This document shows positions 41,064-55,229 of a stretch of 64,000 bases of DNA, piece by piece. The stretch comes from Octopus vulgaris (Eukaryota), in NCBI GenBank assembly GCA_951406725.2, contig OX597827.1:3162001-3226000 (forward strand), read 5' to 3'. The translations under genes and the position numbers were made by a program. The stretch's first letter is position 1. Each line of letters starts with the position of its first letter. Below the pieces are notes generated by a model. It was not told the DNA's origin, made no database searches, and saw only the letters and a list, made by a program, of their open reading frames with translations.

Positions 41064-41391
41064 GGGGTGTGTTTCAATGGTTAGAGCATCGGGCTCACAA
41101 TCATGAGGTAGTCAGTTCGATTCCTGGACCAGGCAGTGTGTTGTATTCTTGAGCAAGACACTTCATTTCACATTGCTCCAGTTCACTCAGTTATAGAAAT
41201 GAGTTGCAATGTTACTGTTGCCAAACTGTATAGGCCTTTCCCTTTCCCTTGGATAACATCAGTGGTATGGAGAGAGGATGCTGGTATGCATGGGTGACTG
41301 TTGGTCTTCCATAAACAACCTTGCCTGGACTTGTGCCCCAGAAGAATACTTTCCCATCGTCATTCCTGACCAAAGGGGGTTGTTACCCTTC
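41064..41391 (+). mobile_element. tRNA-derived SINE, family E, 10-bp TSD
   Basis: TGGTTAGAGC..AGTTCGATTCC..TTCTTGAGCAAGACACTT. TSD TACTCTATAA at 41054-41063 and 41392-41401. Minus-strand relatives at 2060-2290, 26330-26460, 51640-51880 and 62130-62365. Confidence 0.85.
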
Positions 41392-41617
41392 TACTCTATA
41401 AACAAATTTTGAGTAATTCTTCAGTTTTATGTTAAATTGTTTCTATTATAAATTGACACAGAAACAATCATTAATACATCTGTGTGTCTGTATAGTTGTG
41501 TTTGTCCTAAGTAACCACTTAACTGCACATGATGGTTTGTTTACATCCCTGTAACTTAGGGATTCCATAAAAAGAGTCCAGTAAGTACCAAACTAAAGAG
41601 AAAAAAAAATATAAGTA

Positions 41618-42172
41618 CTGTAATACCTCACTTTACAAGGGCCCACTTTATGAGACCCTGGATTTACGAATTTTATTTTATTATGAATTTTTTCAAGCAC
41701 AAGATCCAAATTTTGAATGAAGTGCAAAAGTTTCTACAACCCTAACAAATGCTTCTGTGTGTTACCAAGAAATTTATGTAGCGCAAAAAAATGCTTCTTC
41801 TAAGCAAACAACTCTAGACTTGTTTTTTAAAAAGAAATCTACAAGTCTGTCTGTGAGTACTTGTGAATTGATGATTGCATCTACAAGTAATGGTGTGTAC
41901 GAGTCTCATGAGAGTGAAAGTGTTTCAGAAAATGATTATAATGATAATATTTTTTATTATAAACTATCTTGACATTCTTTTTAATTTACATAAGATATTC
42001 TTTACATTCAACTGTTTTATTGGCATTTATTTATGAGTATTATAAATTTTATAGGTAAAATATTTTTCTGGGAATGAAGTATGATTTATAACATTGTTAC
42101 TATGGGAAATTATTGCTCTGCTTTACGAGCAGTCTCCAGGAAGAAATTAACTCGTAGATTGAGGCATTACTG
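41618..42172 (+). mobile_element. Tigger/pogo-type non-autonomous element with TA TSD, retaining the transposase C-terminus
   Basis: TIRs CTGTAATACCTCACTTTACAAG and CTCGTAGATTGAGGCATTACTG with TA on both sides. Encodes CYQEIY...KQTTLDLFFKK. Confidence 0.8.
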
Positions 42173-42206
42173 TACTGCTGACAATTTCTTTGACTAATTC
42201 CTTTAA

Positions 42207-42595
42207 CCCTCTAGCATTCTGATCATTCAGTCAAATGCAATGTGTATATATTCGCATTATTTTGAATTACTCTTGCATTGTTTTGCAGCTTTGAGATTTC
42301 AGTGATGTGATTGGTTATTTCGAAGATGATATTGTTGTATAGGTGTGAGAGGCCAGACCTGGCCTTCCGAGGCACAAGTCTGGGCAATGTTGTTTATGGA
42401 AGACCAACAGTCACCCATGCATACTGGCCTCCTTTCTCCATACCACTGATGTTATTCAAGGGAAAACAAAGGCCTATACAGTTTGGCAACAGTGACATTG
42501 CAACCCATTTCTACAGCTGAGTGAACTGGAGCAATGTGAAATATATAACTGGAAAAATATTCAGGCCGGGTATGGCTGGCTTAACTGCTAAAGGG
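42207..42595. mobile_element. piggyBac-type MITE with TTAA TSD (contains a SINE fragment at about 42360-42545)
   Basis: TTAA-CCCTCTAGCA ... TGCTAAAGGG-TTAA. Confidence 0.8.
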
Positions 42596-43309
42596 TTAAG
42601 GCAATGCTCCAGCATGGTTCAGTTTAATGACTGAAGCAAGTAAGCAATCAAAGATAGATTAAAATAAAACACAAGTGCCACAACAACAACAAAAGCACAA
42701 TAAAATACTACGATCTTTCTGATCATTGTCAGATCATCTCACATTCAAGACATGTTACTATAAATGATAGATATGATTTAGAATGCATAAGGAAATGACA
42801 AATGACACTTGACTTGCAGAAAGCAAAGAAATATAACAGCTGCACATTTTACTGTAGAGAGAGTTGAGTGCATTCTGGCTGTTTCGTATATCTACTTTTT
42901 TTCTTTACTTTTCTTTCAGTTACGTGACTTCTAATGATGAGGAATTGATCTGACAGCAAATAAAACTTGAAATTTTGTTGTGATATTTCTTTGGATGTGT
43001 GGATGGATGGATGGGTGGATGGATGGATGAATGGATGGATGGATGGTTGGATGGATGGATGGATGGATGGATGGATGGATGGATAGATTGATAGATAGGT
43101 AGAGAGACAGAGAGAAAGAGACAGAGAGATAAATGTGTTTGTATATGTTTATATATATATATATATATATATTTATGCATACATTCTTATATATATGCAT
43201 ATATATGTATATGTATGTATAAATATATATATATATATATGTTTATGCATATATACATATATATATGTATGTATATATATATGTATATGTATGTATAAAT
43301 ATAAATATA

Positions 43310-43481
43310 TATATAAAGTAAATCCAAACAAGAAAGCGCAAAAAAACACAACAACGCGAGGACATGGAACAAATATAGTATTATTGGACGCTCAGGAAAG
43401 AAGGAGGGTTTAACGTTTTGAGTGGAAACATAGGAGAAGGAAAGATCCAGAGAAGGGAAGACAGAGGAAAAAAATCGCCAA

Positions 43482-43512
<31 letters not shown>

Positions 43513-44170
43513 TACATATGCATATATGGGTACAGGACATCACCAACAGTAAACAACATGAAATATGATAACAAATGAGTTCAATATGCAAACAATGAGG
43601 GAAACAAATGGTAAACAGGACAAGTAACATAAAGAATGACCCTTCATCAGTTGTTGGCTGTCTGTCTGCTCCTCATTTTGAGCACAGAACAACAATATGA
43701 ATCTATGAAGACAGTTGCTCCCATAAGTCCCAAAATAAAATCTGGGATTTATGGAGGGTAAAAGCTGGGAACAAAAACAGGACAGTAGAGACATATAGGG
43801 AAATCGAATAAAAACAGACATGGAGGGTCATTAGAACAGAACGAGGAGGAAAATAGCAGACACTGGAGAAATATTTTCTTTGACAAGAGAAAAGATAGAA
43901 GAGAGAGATAGGATACGTCCAGTCCTTATGACAGTCCTGAAAGAAAAGAAAGATGATCACATGAGGAAAAGAAAGATGGACGATGGTCATGTGTCAGCAA
44001 CGAGTGAGAGAACAGGAGAAAGAGAGAGGGAGAGAGAGAGAAACAGATAGAAAATGGTGAAGGGGAGGAAAAAGGGAATTAGGGAAAGGATGAGAGAGAA
44101 AACAATTGGAGGAGAGAACAGTATAGGGTAGAGTCGCATCAAAAAGATTAAGATAAACTTACTTGGAAAT
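43310..44170 (-). mobile_element. Probable Penelope-like non-autonomous remnant
   Basis: Bounded by TA microsatellites. Minus-strand CTGATGAAGGG at 43630-43640 and a broken CTCAAAACGTTAAACCCTCC hammerhead half near 43403-43422. Confidence 0.4.
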
Positions 44171-44180
44171 GGATGTGTGG

Positions 44181-44242
<62 letters not shown>

Positions 44243-44689
44243 CTGAATATACACATATGAAAAACAATCATGTATTGAATAGATGAGTACTAATACAAAT
44301 AGTTAAAGAATTAAATTTGTTTTTATGAGGAAAACTTTTATAGTGACTTCAAATTCTTGCTGGTGATTGGGTATGCTAAATCACACACACACACACGCAC
44401 ATAGAATGGGTTTCATTCAGTTTCTGTCAACAAATTCACTCACAAGGCTTTAGTTTGCTTAGGGCTATGGGGCTACAGAATAAAATATTTGCCCACAATG
44501 TTGCACAGTTAGACTATTTATCTTTTTATCTGTTTTTCTTTTTGTCCAAAATGTCAACTAAAATTTCTCTGAACTTACAACCATCTAAAGGTTCTTTTAG
44601 CTTCAGTGTTTTCCCTTTCTGGATTGTCTGTGACTTACCTGAACTCTTATTCTGAACTAACTAAGCACTAATTTATGTTGGGTGTTGTG

Positions 44690-45440
44690 TTCTTCACCAA
44701 GAAAGGTTTTAAATTTTTATAACAATCTGTGTATTTGTCGTGAGAATGAAGTCTACAGCCTTGTCCATTTCATTACCAGGTGATCATGTAACTGGCCAGT
44801 TAATCTCTTTCAGTTTTGGCTGTAAATTGTTCGATCAGTAACATCACAGATCTCTAGAAGGATCTCCTGGTATCTTCTATCATGACCACAACCTAAATGT
44901 ACACCTCAGAAGCTTTAATACTAATAGACAACAGATCCATTTGAAATGACTAGCTACAGTAATGAGGTTATAGTCAGTCATTGCTGAGCAAATCAACAGA
45001 AGAGTTTGACTAAAGGACAACTCTGTCTACCAGCCTTTATTGTGGAACATATGCAGAAATATGTTGTTGCCAAGTTGTTTGCAAACAATCAAAGCTTTAT
45101 CCTATTACACATCCCCTGACTGCCTCAAATACTAAATCTATTCATTTCTCAACTAAAACATGCTTAAAAGGAGTTGTAAAACTCTGCTGTATTTTAATTT
45201 TTCTTCTGTCAAATATTCCCTGAAGATGGCCTCTGTCTGAAACATTGAATTTTTCACCCGCCAGAGTAAGTTCGTTACCAATTTTATTAAATAATACAAG
45301 TCTTGCTGATGCAAACAAACACCTACCTATTTGGAGTTTGATTCATTATGCATGTTTAATCCACCTTTGCTGTCATTTTAACCCAGCCAGAAAAATCCAT
45401 ATTGCTGTCCCAGTTCAATCCTTTTTCTACATGTCCCCGT
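44690..45440 (+). mobile_element. Possible decayed Penelope-like 3' end with hammerhead-like motif at 45215-45250
   Basis: CTGAAGATGGCCTCTGTCTGAAACATTGAAT follows a faint GIY-YIG-terminal-like P..LN echo near 45110-45130. Confidence 0.35.
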
Positions 45441-45945
45441 AATAACCCCTCTCATTACCAGTGCCCACTTATTACATCCGCCCCCACCCTACTCTAGCTC
45501 TTAGTCTCCTTTTGAAACCTTGTGAACTCTCCCACCCACACACTCTCTCCAATCCCCAGTCCCCCTCACTATATACCCTTCCAGGCAGCTTGGGTTTATG
45601 GCTCCTGCCCCGTCCCTGTCACATCTTCACCACCTTTCTCTCTTTTCTCTCTATCAGAGGTAGTCCTGTTTCTATTCTAATGCAGTACACATTTTTCTTT
45701 TATCCCTCAATTCTACTTCCCCCAGGTGAGGGGTTTTGTTTGTCTGGCAAGTTATTTGGTGACCTCACTGCTGCTGGTGCCATGTAAAAAAGCACACAGT
45801 ACACTCTGTAAAGTGGTTGGTGTTTGGAAGGGCATCCAGCCATAGAAACCATGTCAAAACAGAGAAGAGAACTTGGTTCACTCTTCTCACTTGCTAGTCT
45901 CTGTCAAAGCATCTTACCTATATCAGCATAAAAAATGGACATTAA

Positions 45946-45981
<36 letters not shown>

Positions 45982-46464
45982 TTCCTTGTCTTTGAGAAGT
46001 TTGGTGAGACATCCCTTCCATGTTACCTCTAGCACACAGCACACATCCACTCATCTCTATTCCAACATAACCACAAATTCACAAGATTACCATTCATGTG
46101 CTGATCTCCATGGAGATTCCTAAAGTATTTTTTTTCTTTTTACCAGAAATGAGGGACTTTCAGAGGTGACTTAGTTGGTAGCTGTTTAGGCCTCTGTGAC
46201 TGTGGACAATAAGAAAATTTAGGCTGTCATTTGGCAATGATCAAATTTTTCATATCCTGTTATAAAAGTTATGCAATTGATTTGATATGATTTATCATTT
46301 CCTCACCCATCAGTATGTAGTTTATATACGTATATACATAAGTGTGAATATGTGTATAAACATGTATAGATGTGTGTGTATGTATATGTATATATATATG
46401 TGTGTGTGTGTGTATATATTCTCTCTCTATTTTATTTTCTCTCTCTGTATATTTCTTCATGTTC

Positions 46465-46500
46465 CTTTCTGTCGAAGAGCATAGGATCGAAACGTAAAAG
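46465..46500 (+). ncRNA. Minimal hammerhead-like motif in a Penelope-like remnant (about 46420-46592)
   Basis: CUUU-CUGUCGA-A-GAGC[AUAG]GAUC-GAAA-CG-UA-AAAG. Stem I and topology fit; A6 is U and stem II has one mismatch. Confidence 0.5.
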
Positions 46501-46653
46501 ACTTTCTTACTTCCCGAGCGTTAAACTAAATACATCTGTTTGTTGTTTACACACCCATCTTTGTCTTTTGTTTTTTGGTAAATTCTCACTACTAAAGGTG
46601 GTGCTCCAGCATGGCTGCAGTCAAATGACTGAAACAAGTAAAAGAGTAAAAGA

Positions 46654-46702
<49 letters not shown>

Positions 46703-46785
46703 CATATCATATGCATCTGTACATACATATACATAAACACATACTTATATATATGTATATATGAATGTATGTATATATGTATATC

Positions 46786-46832
<47 letters not shown>

Positions 46833-47457
46833 ATGTGTGTATGTATACACAAAGAGATAGATACCTCAGTTAGAGTATCTCCCATTATCACTTCTTAAAC
46901 CCAAGTATCCTGACATATACCCTTGAAGCGCAACAAGAGAGAAAAGGAAAATAAGGCATAAATGCATGCGACGGAAGAATTTCAAAGGCAGAATGTACTT
47001 GATTGAAGAACTAACTGAAAAAGAGGCTGGCGAGCGCATTAACTGCAATATGATTCGCTGCAATTTATTGAAACTATGTTATTAAAAGACACCAGCGCAC
47101 TCTGTGTAACAGTGGCATATTATCTACCTTGACTACTAGCTGTACTTTTAACGCAAGTCCTTCAACTGAAGGCTACTCGTTCACCCCACCCAACCTACAA
47201 ACTACGCAGTATCTTCAATGAGCATATTCAGCACTGGGATGCATGTATGTTGTGAGAGCGGTGTATACATGTGTGTTGTAGGTGGTCTGACGCATGCTCA
47301 TATAGCTCATATGCATGTACAGGAATCAATATGCATGTTTTTATGTTCATGTTGTAGCTGTGTGTGTGTGTGTGTGCGTGCGTGCCCACGTCATTCTGTA
47401 ATTATATAAGTGTACATGTGTATATATATATGTTAGTGTATTTATTCATGCATACAA

Positions 47458-47493
<36 letters not shown>

Positions 47494-47859
47494 ACACATA
47501 TACCATACAAATACAAGAAAATGTATACACAGAATTGTGTACACATATATGTACACAAAATCGTGTGCTTATATATGTGTATATAAGAATATAAATATGT
47601 ATGTGTGCCTGTATATATATATATAGATATAGATATATATATTATGAGTGTATATGTAAGTGTATATATTATATGTACATTCACACATATATGTTAACAA
47701 AATTGTATGCATGTATATATGTATGTGTATATATTAAATATGTAATACATATATAGGAATGTGCATGTATATATATATATATATATATACATAAATATAT
47801 CTTCTGTGATGATTTTTTAATGTAATTTTCCTGCTCTTATTTTATAGTATAATACATAC

Positions 47860-47918
<59 letters not shown>

Positions 47919-47974
47919 CTTGATGTTGATGATGATTATACAACACACACACACACATGTATATAGAAATACTT

Positions 47975-48009
<35 letters not shown>

Positions 48010-48897
48010 TCTACACACAAATGCATATGTACTGTGAAAGAGTAGTTGTACATTTTAAATATATATATATCATGTGTGTACATGTAAATATATACATGTG
48101 TGCCTCTGTGTGTATGTATACACCCACCCACACAGGCACAAATACACATACACACACACACACAAACACAGATACATACTTGCACACAAAATAGGGAATG
48201 GTAAGATGGAATTTGAATTTCTTTTGATGCATTTCATCATGGTCGGTAGAATGTTTGAATGGTTGCTACGGCAAAGAAATAGCTGCTCCGTGCAGGTCAA
48301 AAATACTTTTCCTCTCCATTCCCATGCACATTATCCACCCGATATGACACATTATGTATATATACGACATTCACCCCTTTTTCATCTACGAAAGGTATAT
48401 CGATTGCCAGGGATGGCAAATGGATAGGCTGAAGACACTCTAGATATGGGTCAGTAGGGAACTTGAGTGGGGTGAGATTGGGGGTTTTGATACTGCAATT
48501 TTGTAGTTCAGTAAATCCAAGGTAGTTGTTAACTTCAAAACACACATAAAGTGAGATATATATTTACACACACACATGGTAGGTGTATGTGTGTGTGTGT
48601 GTGTGTGTGTATATTACATAAATATATTTCTGCCTTGTACCTATAGTAGAAAGGATTATTATTATTATCATAATCATAAGTTGGAGAACTGACAAAATCA
48701 TTATATATATTTAAAAATTTAAAAATAGGATAAAATCTTCATAAGAAATTATCAAGTAGTTAGCGTGAAAAACCTCATAAGAGAAAAAATTCGTAAATTT
48801 TTTCAACTTGTAAATATTTATTTATATTACATAGAGGGCACTATTATACATAGATGCCGCATAGATATTTACATATATATATATATAAATATATATA

Positions 48898-49670
48898 GCG
48901 GTGAGCTGGCAGAAACGTTAGCACACCAGGTGAAATGTGTAGCCGTATTTCGTCTGCCGTTATGTTCTGAGTTCAAATTCCACCGGCAGAATAGCTGGAG
49001 AAAATGCTAACTTGCATTTCTTGCAGCTCTTAACATTCTGAGTTCAAATCCTGCAGCACACACTCCAGCTGTGCCAGTGCAACTTCACCTTCCATCCTTT
49101 TGGGTTCAATAAAATGGGTACCAGATAGCACCGGTATCAATGTAATCCACTTATCTCTACTTCTCCAGAACTGCTAAGCTTGTGCCAAAATTTCAAGTCA
49201 TCATCATCATCATCATTATTATTATCAGGTGGAGAGCTGACAGAATCATTAGAACACCAGATGAAACGCTAAGTGGTATTTTGTCTGTCTTTACGTTCTG
49301 AGTTCAAATTCTGCCGAGATCAACTTTGACTTTCATCCTCTCAGATTAGATAAATTAAGTACCAGTTACATACTAGGGACCAATGTAATCAACTAGTCCC
49401 CTCCCCCAAAATTTCTGCCTTGTGCCTATAGTAGAAAGGATTATTATTATAAGTTGGTGAACTGACAAAGTCATTAGCATGCCAGGCAAAGTGCTTCGTG
49501 GTATCTTGTCTGTCTTTACATTCTGAGTTCAAATTCTGCCAAGGCTGACTATGCCTTTCATCCTTTTGGGGTCAATAAAGTGAGTACCAGTTCAACACTG
49601 GTGTAGTAATCAACTCAACCCCTTCCCCAAAATTTCACGCCTTGTTCTTTTAGTAGAGAGGATTACTATT
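48898..49670 (+). mobile_element. Head-to-tail cluster of four family-A SINEs separated by (ATT/ATC)n tails
   Basis: Repeated heads at about 48898, 48990, 49227 and 49452. Confidence 0.85.
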
Positions 49671-49689
49671 ACTATTATTATAGCATTTA

Positions 49690-50680
49690 GAATTTCGTCA
49701 GGCATTCTCAGCCCTCTGCCAATCAGGCAATGGGATCGGTGGATGTTCCGCTTAAGAAATTTATAGAGGATTAGTGGTGGAGACTTTGGGCAGTGGTGAG
49801 AATGAACTGGCTAGTCTGTTCTGGAGGACTTTCCCATTGGGAACTATTGTAGATAATTTCCAGATGTCCTTGGTTTGGCAGGGCTACCAGGAGGTGCTAC
49901 TAGTTCATGATAAACTCTACAGGCATAGATGTGCTGTCAGATGGGCTTGTCCAAGGTGCACATAGAGTGACAAGACTATTCTGCAGCCCCTCATTCAATT
50001 TCCAGGCATTGCTGACTTGTGGGGTTATGCTGAGCAGCTGCTGTCATGTGTGGAACAGTTGACAGTCTGTAGTGATGACTGCACCACCACTCTCCTTCAA
50101 TCAGGCAGGCAAGGCAGTTTACCCTTGCCTGGTGGCCATGGCAAAAGAGGTTGTTTGGTGGACAAGACTGAAAAGTACGAGGACAGATACATTCCTCTGT
50201 GGTAGAGCTCTCATTGACTTCTTCAAGTTTTACTTGTAAAGGGAACTGAGAGTGGAGAGGGAAGTACTGTCCTCGAGAGAGTTTACTGAAAAGTGGGTGA
50301 AAGTTGCAAAGATGGCAAGGGTGGATGGTACCTCTCTACGTGTAGACCTGTGAGTCAGAGGTAAGGAATTGGAGAGGGCACTTGCTCCTAGGGTTTCGGA
50401 GAAATCTCGGATAGTGGAGTTCCTTGATTATCCCTAGAGGCCCTTCTGTATCAGAAGGGCCACACCCCTATCATCCTCCTTGCCACATTTTTTTAACCTT
50501 TGTATGCTATGCATATTCCCCTCCTTTTTCAGTGTATACCATGTATACTTAACTTTCTTTCCTTCATTTTTTATTTAATTGTTTTTATCATTTCATTATA
50601 TGTAAATCGCCCCCACACTTTATATCTGTCTTTGTATTGTCCACTTATTCCTTTGCCCTTGTGGCAAATAAATGAAATCA
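49690..50680 (+). mobile_element. Degenerate older copy of a related L1/Tx1-clade LINE 3' end
   Basis: DNFQMSLVWQGYQEVLLVHDKLYRHRC...CPRC aligns to 32591-33397. Contains stops and frameshifts. 3' end reads GCCCTTGTGGCAAATAAATGAAATC. Confidence 0.85.
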
Positions 50681-50707
50681 CCATCAACGTCATCATTATT
50701 ATCATTA

Positions 50708-50920
50708 AGGTGGCAAGCAAGCAGAATTCTTCCCATGCTGGACAAATTGCTTAGTGGCATTTTGTCGACCTTCATCATCCGAGTTCAAATTCCATTGAAG
50801 TCGACTTTACCCTTTTCTTCTTTCGGAGTCGATGAAATAAGTGCCTGTTATGCACTGGGGCCAATGTAATTGACTAGCCCCCTTCTCCCAAATTTCAGAC
50901 CTTGTCCCTATTATTGTAAG
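50708..50920 (+). mobile_element. Family-A SINE followed by (TAT)n
   Basis: B-box GAGTTCAAATTCC and core present. Confidence 0.75.
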
Positions 50921-50937
50921 GTTTATTATAATAATAA

Positions 50938-50977
<40 letters not shown>

Positions 50978-53023
50978 CAAGTTGGGATTTATCTAAACAA
51001 TATCTACAACCTGACTGAGTTCTCTTGTTTAAACCTCCATCTTGAAATTTGTCTACTAAACAACCACCCTTATTTTTATTTCATGCCCCGCTTTGTTTTC
51101 TTTTATTTAACAGTTCTAATAAAGTAATAATTTAAGATTTAGTACACTCAATAAATAGAACTTCAACTCTATCGTTGTTTTCTAAAAGTTGAGGGCATTC
51201 TGAGAGTTCTAAATTCTGACTTCATATTGTGTAGGAGCCTCTGTCACAGTCATGACAAACTGCTGCTCATGGGACTTCCTGAATGGCATGCCTAATAAAA
51301 AATTACCGTGGATATTTTTTGGTAGTGTGGCCTACATGATAATGAGTGATGCACCATGTGGCATACTTCTCAAGAATGGTTGTCCATGCATGCTATATCA
51401 GTCTGACTCTGCATCTACATTTGTATTGGGTCAAATAGTTTTTTTCATTTTAAGACAAACTGACCCGTACATGCAATATTTCCCTCACCATGTCACCGAT
51501 GTCTGTCCGACTGAAAGGCCAATGACTTGGGCCAATACAACTTGGTACTGGTGTTATTGAAAACATTTCTGTCAAAGCACAAATAGCCAGAACAGATACT
51601 GCAAAGGATCTTGCCCAACTCTCAACTCAAAAAGAATCAGAGGTCCCTCCCAAGCCACAGGTTCATATGGCCAGTTTCCTGAATGCTGTGGTGTATATGT
51701 TCCCCCACTAGACGGTACATAAGTCCATTACAGGGTCACTCATTTTTGCCAGCTGAGTGGACTGAAGAACATGAAAAGAAGTGTTTTGCTCTAGAACACA
51801 ATGCATTGCCCAGTCTAGGATATGAAACAACAATCTTACGATGTTGAGTGCAACACCCTAACCACTAAGCCACACACCTTCACAACACTCTACTAGTTCT
51901 ATGAATTCACCACCTGCGATTTGTACTTTTCTGTTGTCCCCAAAAGGATAAAAGGCACAGTGACCTCAGTGGGATTTGAAATCGGATCACAGAGAATCAG
52001 ACCAAATCACGAGGCATCCTATATTCAATGCTCCAATGAATGTACTCATTTTGTATTTAGCCCAGTATCCAATATCTCCACTTTTAAGTTTGAGCACAGA
52101 TAAGTGAGAGATTTAGCTGCTATTTTTGGAATGCTGAATGACCATCTAATGGCTCCTTCACTGGTGTTGCTATATTTGGTAATTATTAGATGAAAATGCA
52201 ACATTTTCCAATGCACATTTTGGCAGCCAGTCAAATGGCGATGTAGTTAACCAATGATATCTTCATGAGATTTCAAATATTTTTGCTTATATATTGTCAT
52301 GCTGCTCTCCTCACTTCTTAAATCATTTGAACAATCAAAAACATGAACTTCTGAGTTAAGGTTCAAGAAGTTACCGCTTCTTAAGAAATGAAACTCTCAC
52401 ACACACACTCGCTCACATAATGCACATATGTATGTATGCAATAAGTATATATGCATACTGTAAAGTTCTGAAAGATATTCCAAACAGGAAGGAAGGAAGG
52501 CTTGCAGCACTGCCATGTTACATTTTCATTCTTCATAACCAGAGAATCAGAGAAAAAAAGATGTCTTGGTTTTGCTTTTTATTTTCCATTCTCTTTCCTT
52601 CTCTGATATGTTATAACATATCTTCCGCTTGATATTAAGGGCTATCACAAGAAATGAAAATGGATATCCAGTGGAAGCATGTGGAGAAAATATGCACACT
52701 AATGCATACACCAGTGTCAAACAGCTCAAAGGGAGCACAAGTGTAAGTAGAATGGAATTTGAAATGCTTTCAGAGATATTTTTTAACTTCTTTGGAGTTT
52801 TTCAATAACATGAATTCAACCTTGGCTTTTTCAACTGGAAAAAAAGGGTCACATCAAGTGAAAGTAATTTTACTTCTTCCTCGTATTTTTTTAAAACATT
52901 ATTGCAAAAACGAAACACAAAAAAAGATAAACTTATAAATATATAATAAAACTAATGATCACATCCCAATACGCAAGAATTTATACATACATACAAATAG
53001 AAAAGAGGGAGAAAGATGCCATG

Positions 53024-53055
<32 letters not shown>

Positions 53056-53086
53056 TACATACATACATACACACAAAATGTGTATA

Positions 53087-53319
53087 CTGGGTGGCCCAAA
53101 AGTAGGTCTACATTATCACATAGGTGCTTTAAATTTCTTTTAAAACATTTTATTACATTTAAATTTCTATCTTACAAACTGAAAAGAGAGCTGGACAAAA
53201 TTAACTAAATTAGCATAGAATAATGGTTTCATATTTTCTTTTATAATTAAGACCTAAACTGTTAATATATGAATGTGAAAGTTGAATAACTGTAAACCTA
53301 CTTTTGGGCCCCACCCCTG
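53087..53319. mobile_element. Tc1/mariner-type MITE with TA TSD
   Basis: TA-CTGGGTGGCCCAAAAGTAGGT ... ACCTACTTTTGGGCCCCACCCCTG-TA. Confidence 0.8.
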
Positions 53320-53454
53320 TATAATCATGGCAGAGTGGCAGAGTGGTAAGAAGTTTGCTTTAAACTATATGGAACTGAGCCTATAGTTTGCTTCAAACTA
53401 TAGGCTCAGTTCCACAGTGTAGCACCTTGGATGAGTGTCTTGTACTATGAGTGT

Positions 53455-53897
53455 CCCCTGATAGGTCACGGAAGGTGATTTCCTCTCACTTCTGCATTCA
53501 CATCTGCAATATTTTACTCAGTTCTGCTGATTGCAGGTCTCCCAGATCGTTCATCAATATTGACATTTTTCGACTATCTTGGAAATGTCTGAACCACTCA
53601 TACACTCGTGTGCAGCTCATACATTCCTCTCCACACACACATTCTGCAACTTTGCAGAGGCTTCTCAACAGGTATCGCCATGACAACTTACTCCGTCATG
53701 GTCAATGCTACAATCACACACACTACACTCCTTTCTTTCAAGCATTGCTGTAAACAGCAGAAGTGAGCTAGAATGTTAAAACTTGGTGTGCATGCTCAGC
53801 AGAATTCAAAGTCAATCTTTGCCAAGTAGCTTGACTCTGCATGCTTTAGCTTCGTTACTATGGCAACAGTCTGGTTACTTATTGATCAGACCTCATA
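53455..53897 (-). mobile_element. Mariner 5' fragment (TIR plus HTH region)
   Basis: Minus strand starts TATGAGGTCTGATCAATAAGT. Encodes GEECMSCTRVYEWFRHFQ, the mariner N-terminal HTH. Confidence 0.75.
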
Positions 53898-53900
53898 CAT

Positions 53901-53902
<2 letters not shown>

Positions 53903-53962
<60 letters not shown>

Positions 53963-54009
53963 ATGAATATATATATATATATATACCTATAAATATATAT
54001 ACACATATA

Positions 54010-54051
<42 letters not shown>

Positions 54052-54212
54052 CATATAAATATATATATATATATACATATAAATATATATATATATACAT
54101 ATAAATATATATATATATACATACATATATATATATATACATATAAATATATATATACATATAAATAAATATATATATATACATATATATATATACACAT
54201 ACATATATATAC

Positions 54213-54257
<45 letters not shown>

Positions 54258-54332
54258 CATATATATATATATAATTATATAAATATATGTATAAATATAT
54301 ATATATATACATATAAATATATATATATATTA
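53903..54332. repeat. TA-rich compound micro/minisatellite (TATATACATATAAA units)
   Basis: Directly visible. Confidence 0.95.
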
Positions 54333-54573
54333 TTCATGTTACCTATGTTCATATGAGCAAACATTCAGAGGCACACATAAACATGCAAGATACATACACA
54401 CAAGCATACACACGTACATATGCACACATGTACTAAGCATTTTACACACATTGTATAGAAAACATCACAGAATAAAAGAAAATGTTATGTATCTGACCAT
54501 TCCTGATGGAATGGAATGAAATGAAATGCTTTTAAATTAAAATGCCATAAAACATTTAAATTAGAAGAAGCTA

Positions 54574-54604
<31 letters not shown>

Positions 54605-55174
54605 TTAATAATAATAAAAATACTAATAATAATAAAAATATAATAATGATGATGAGGATGAGGATGATGATTATAACAACAACAACCATAAAAAATATAT
54701 AAATACAAGCAGAAAACAATAATGCTCTTTTAACTTCTTTTCTAACTTTCTTCTCTTAAATAAGCACCAGGCATTCTTAGAAAGATGCAGAATTTATTCC
54801 AACTCTGAGTGATATGATAAAATATCTTCAACCTACACCCTCCTCCCACCGTTTTACAATCGAATAATTAACTCAATTGAACACCGTTCTTCAGGTGCAC
54901 AGAGTACAAAGCTTCCATGAACAAAAGCTCTCCCATTATCTATGAAAGAGGCAGGGAAAATTTTTGCTTGATGAAATGGCACATAAAATGGCGAAGAGTT
55001 CTAAATTGCCACTATAAAAGCTGCTTAGATCATTTCCAGTAGGAATTATATATGTGCATGCTTGAGAGTTTATAAGTGTATGTATCTATGTGTTTGTGTG
55101 TGTTTATGTATATATATATATATGTATATATACATGTATACATACATACATACATGCACGTGAACACAATCAAT

Positions 55175-55229
<55 letters not shown>

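Noticed and set aside
51252-51560. 102-aa plus-strand ORF
   Set aside because: No recognisable motif or splice context; possibly the antisense of a decayed TE.
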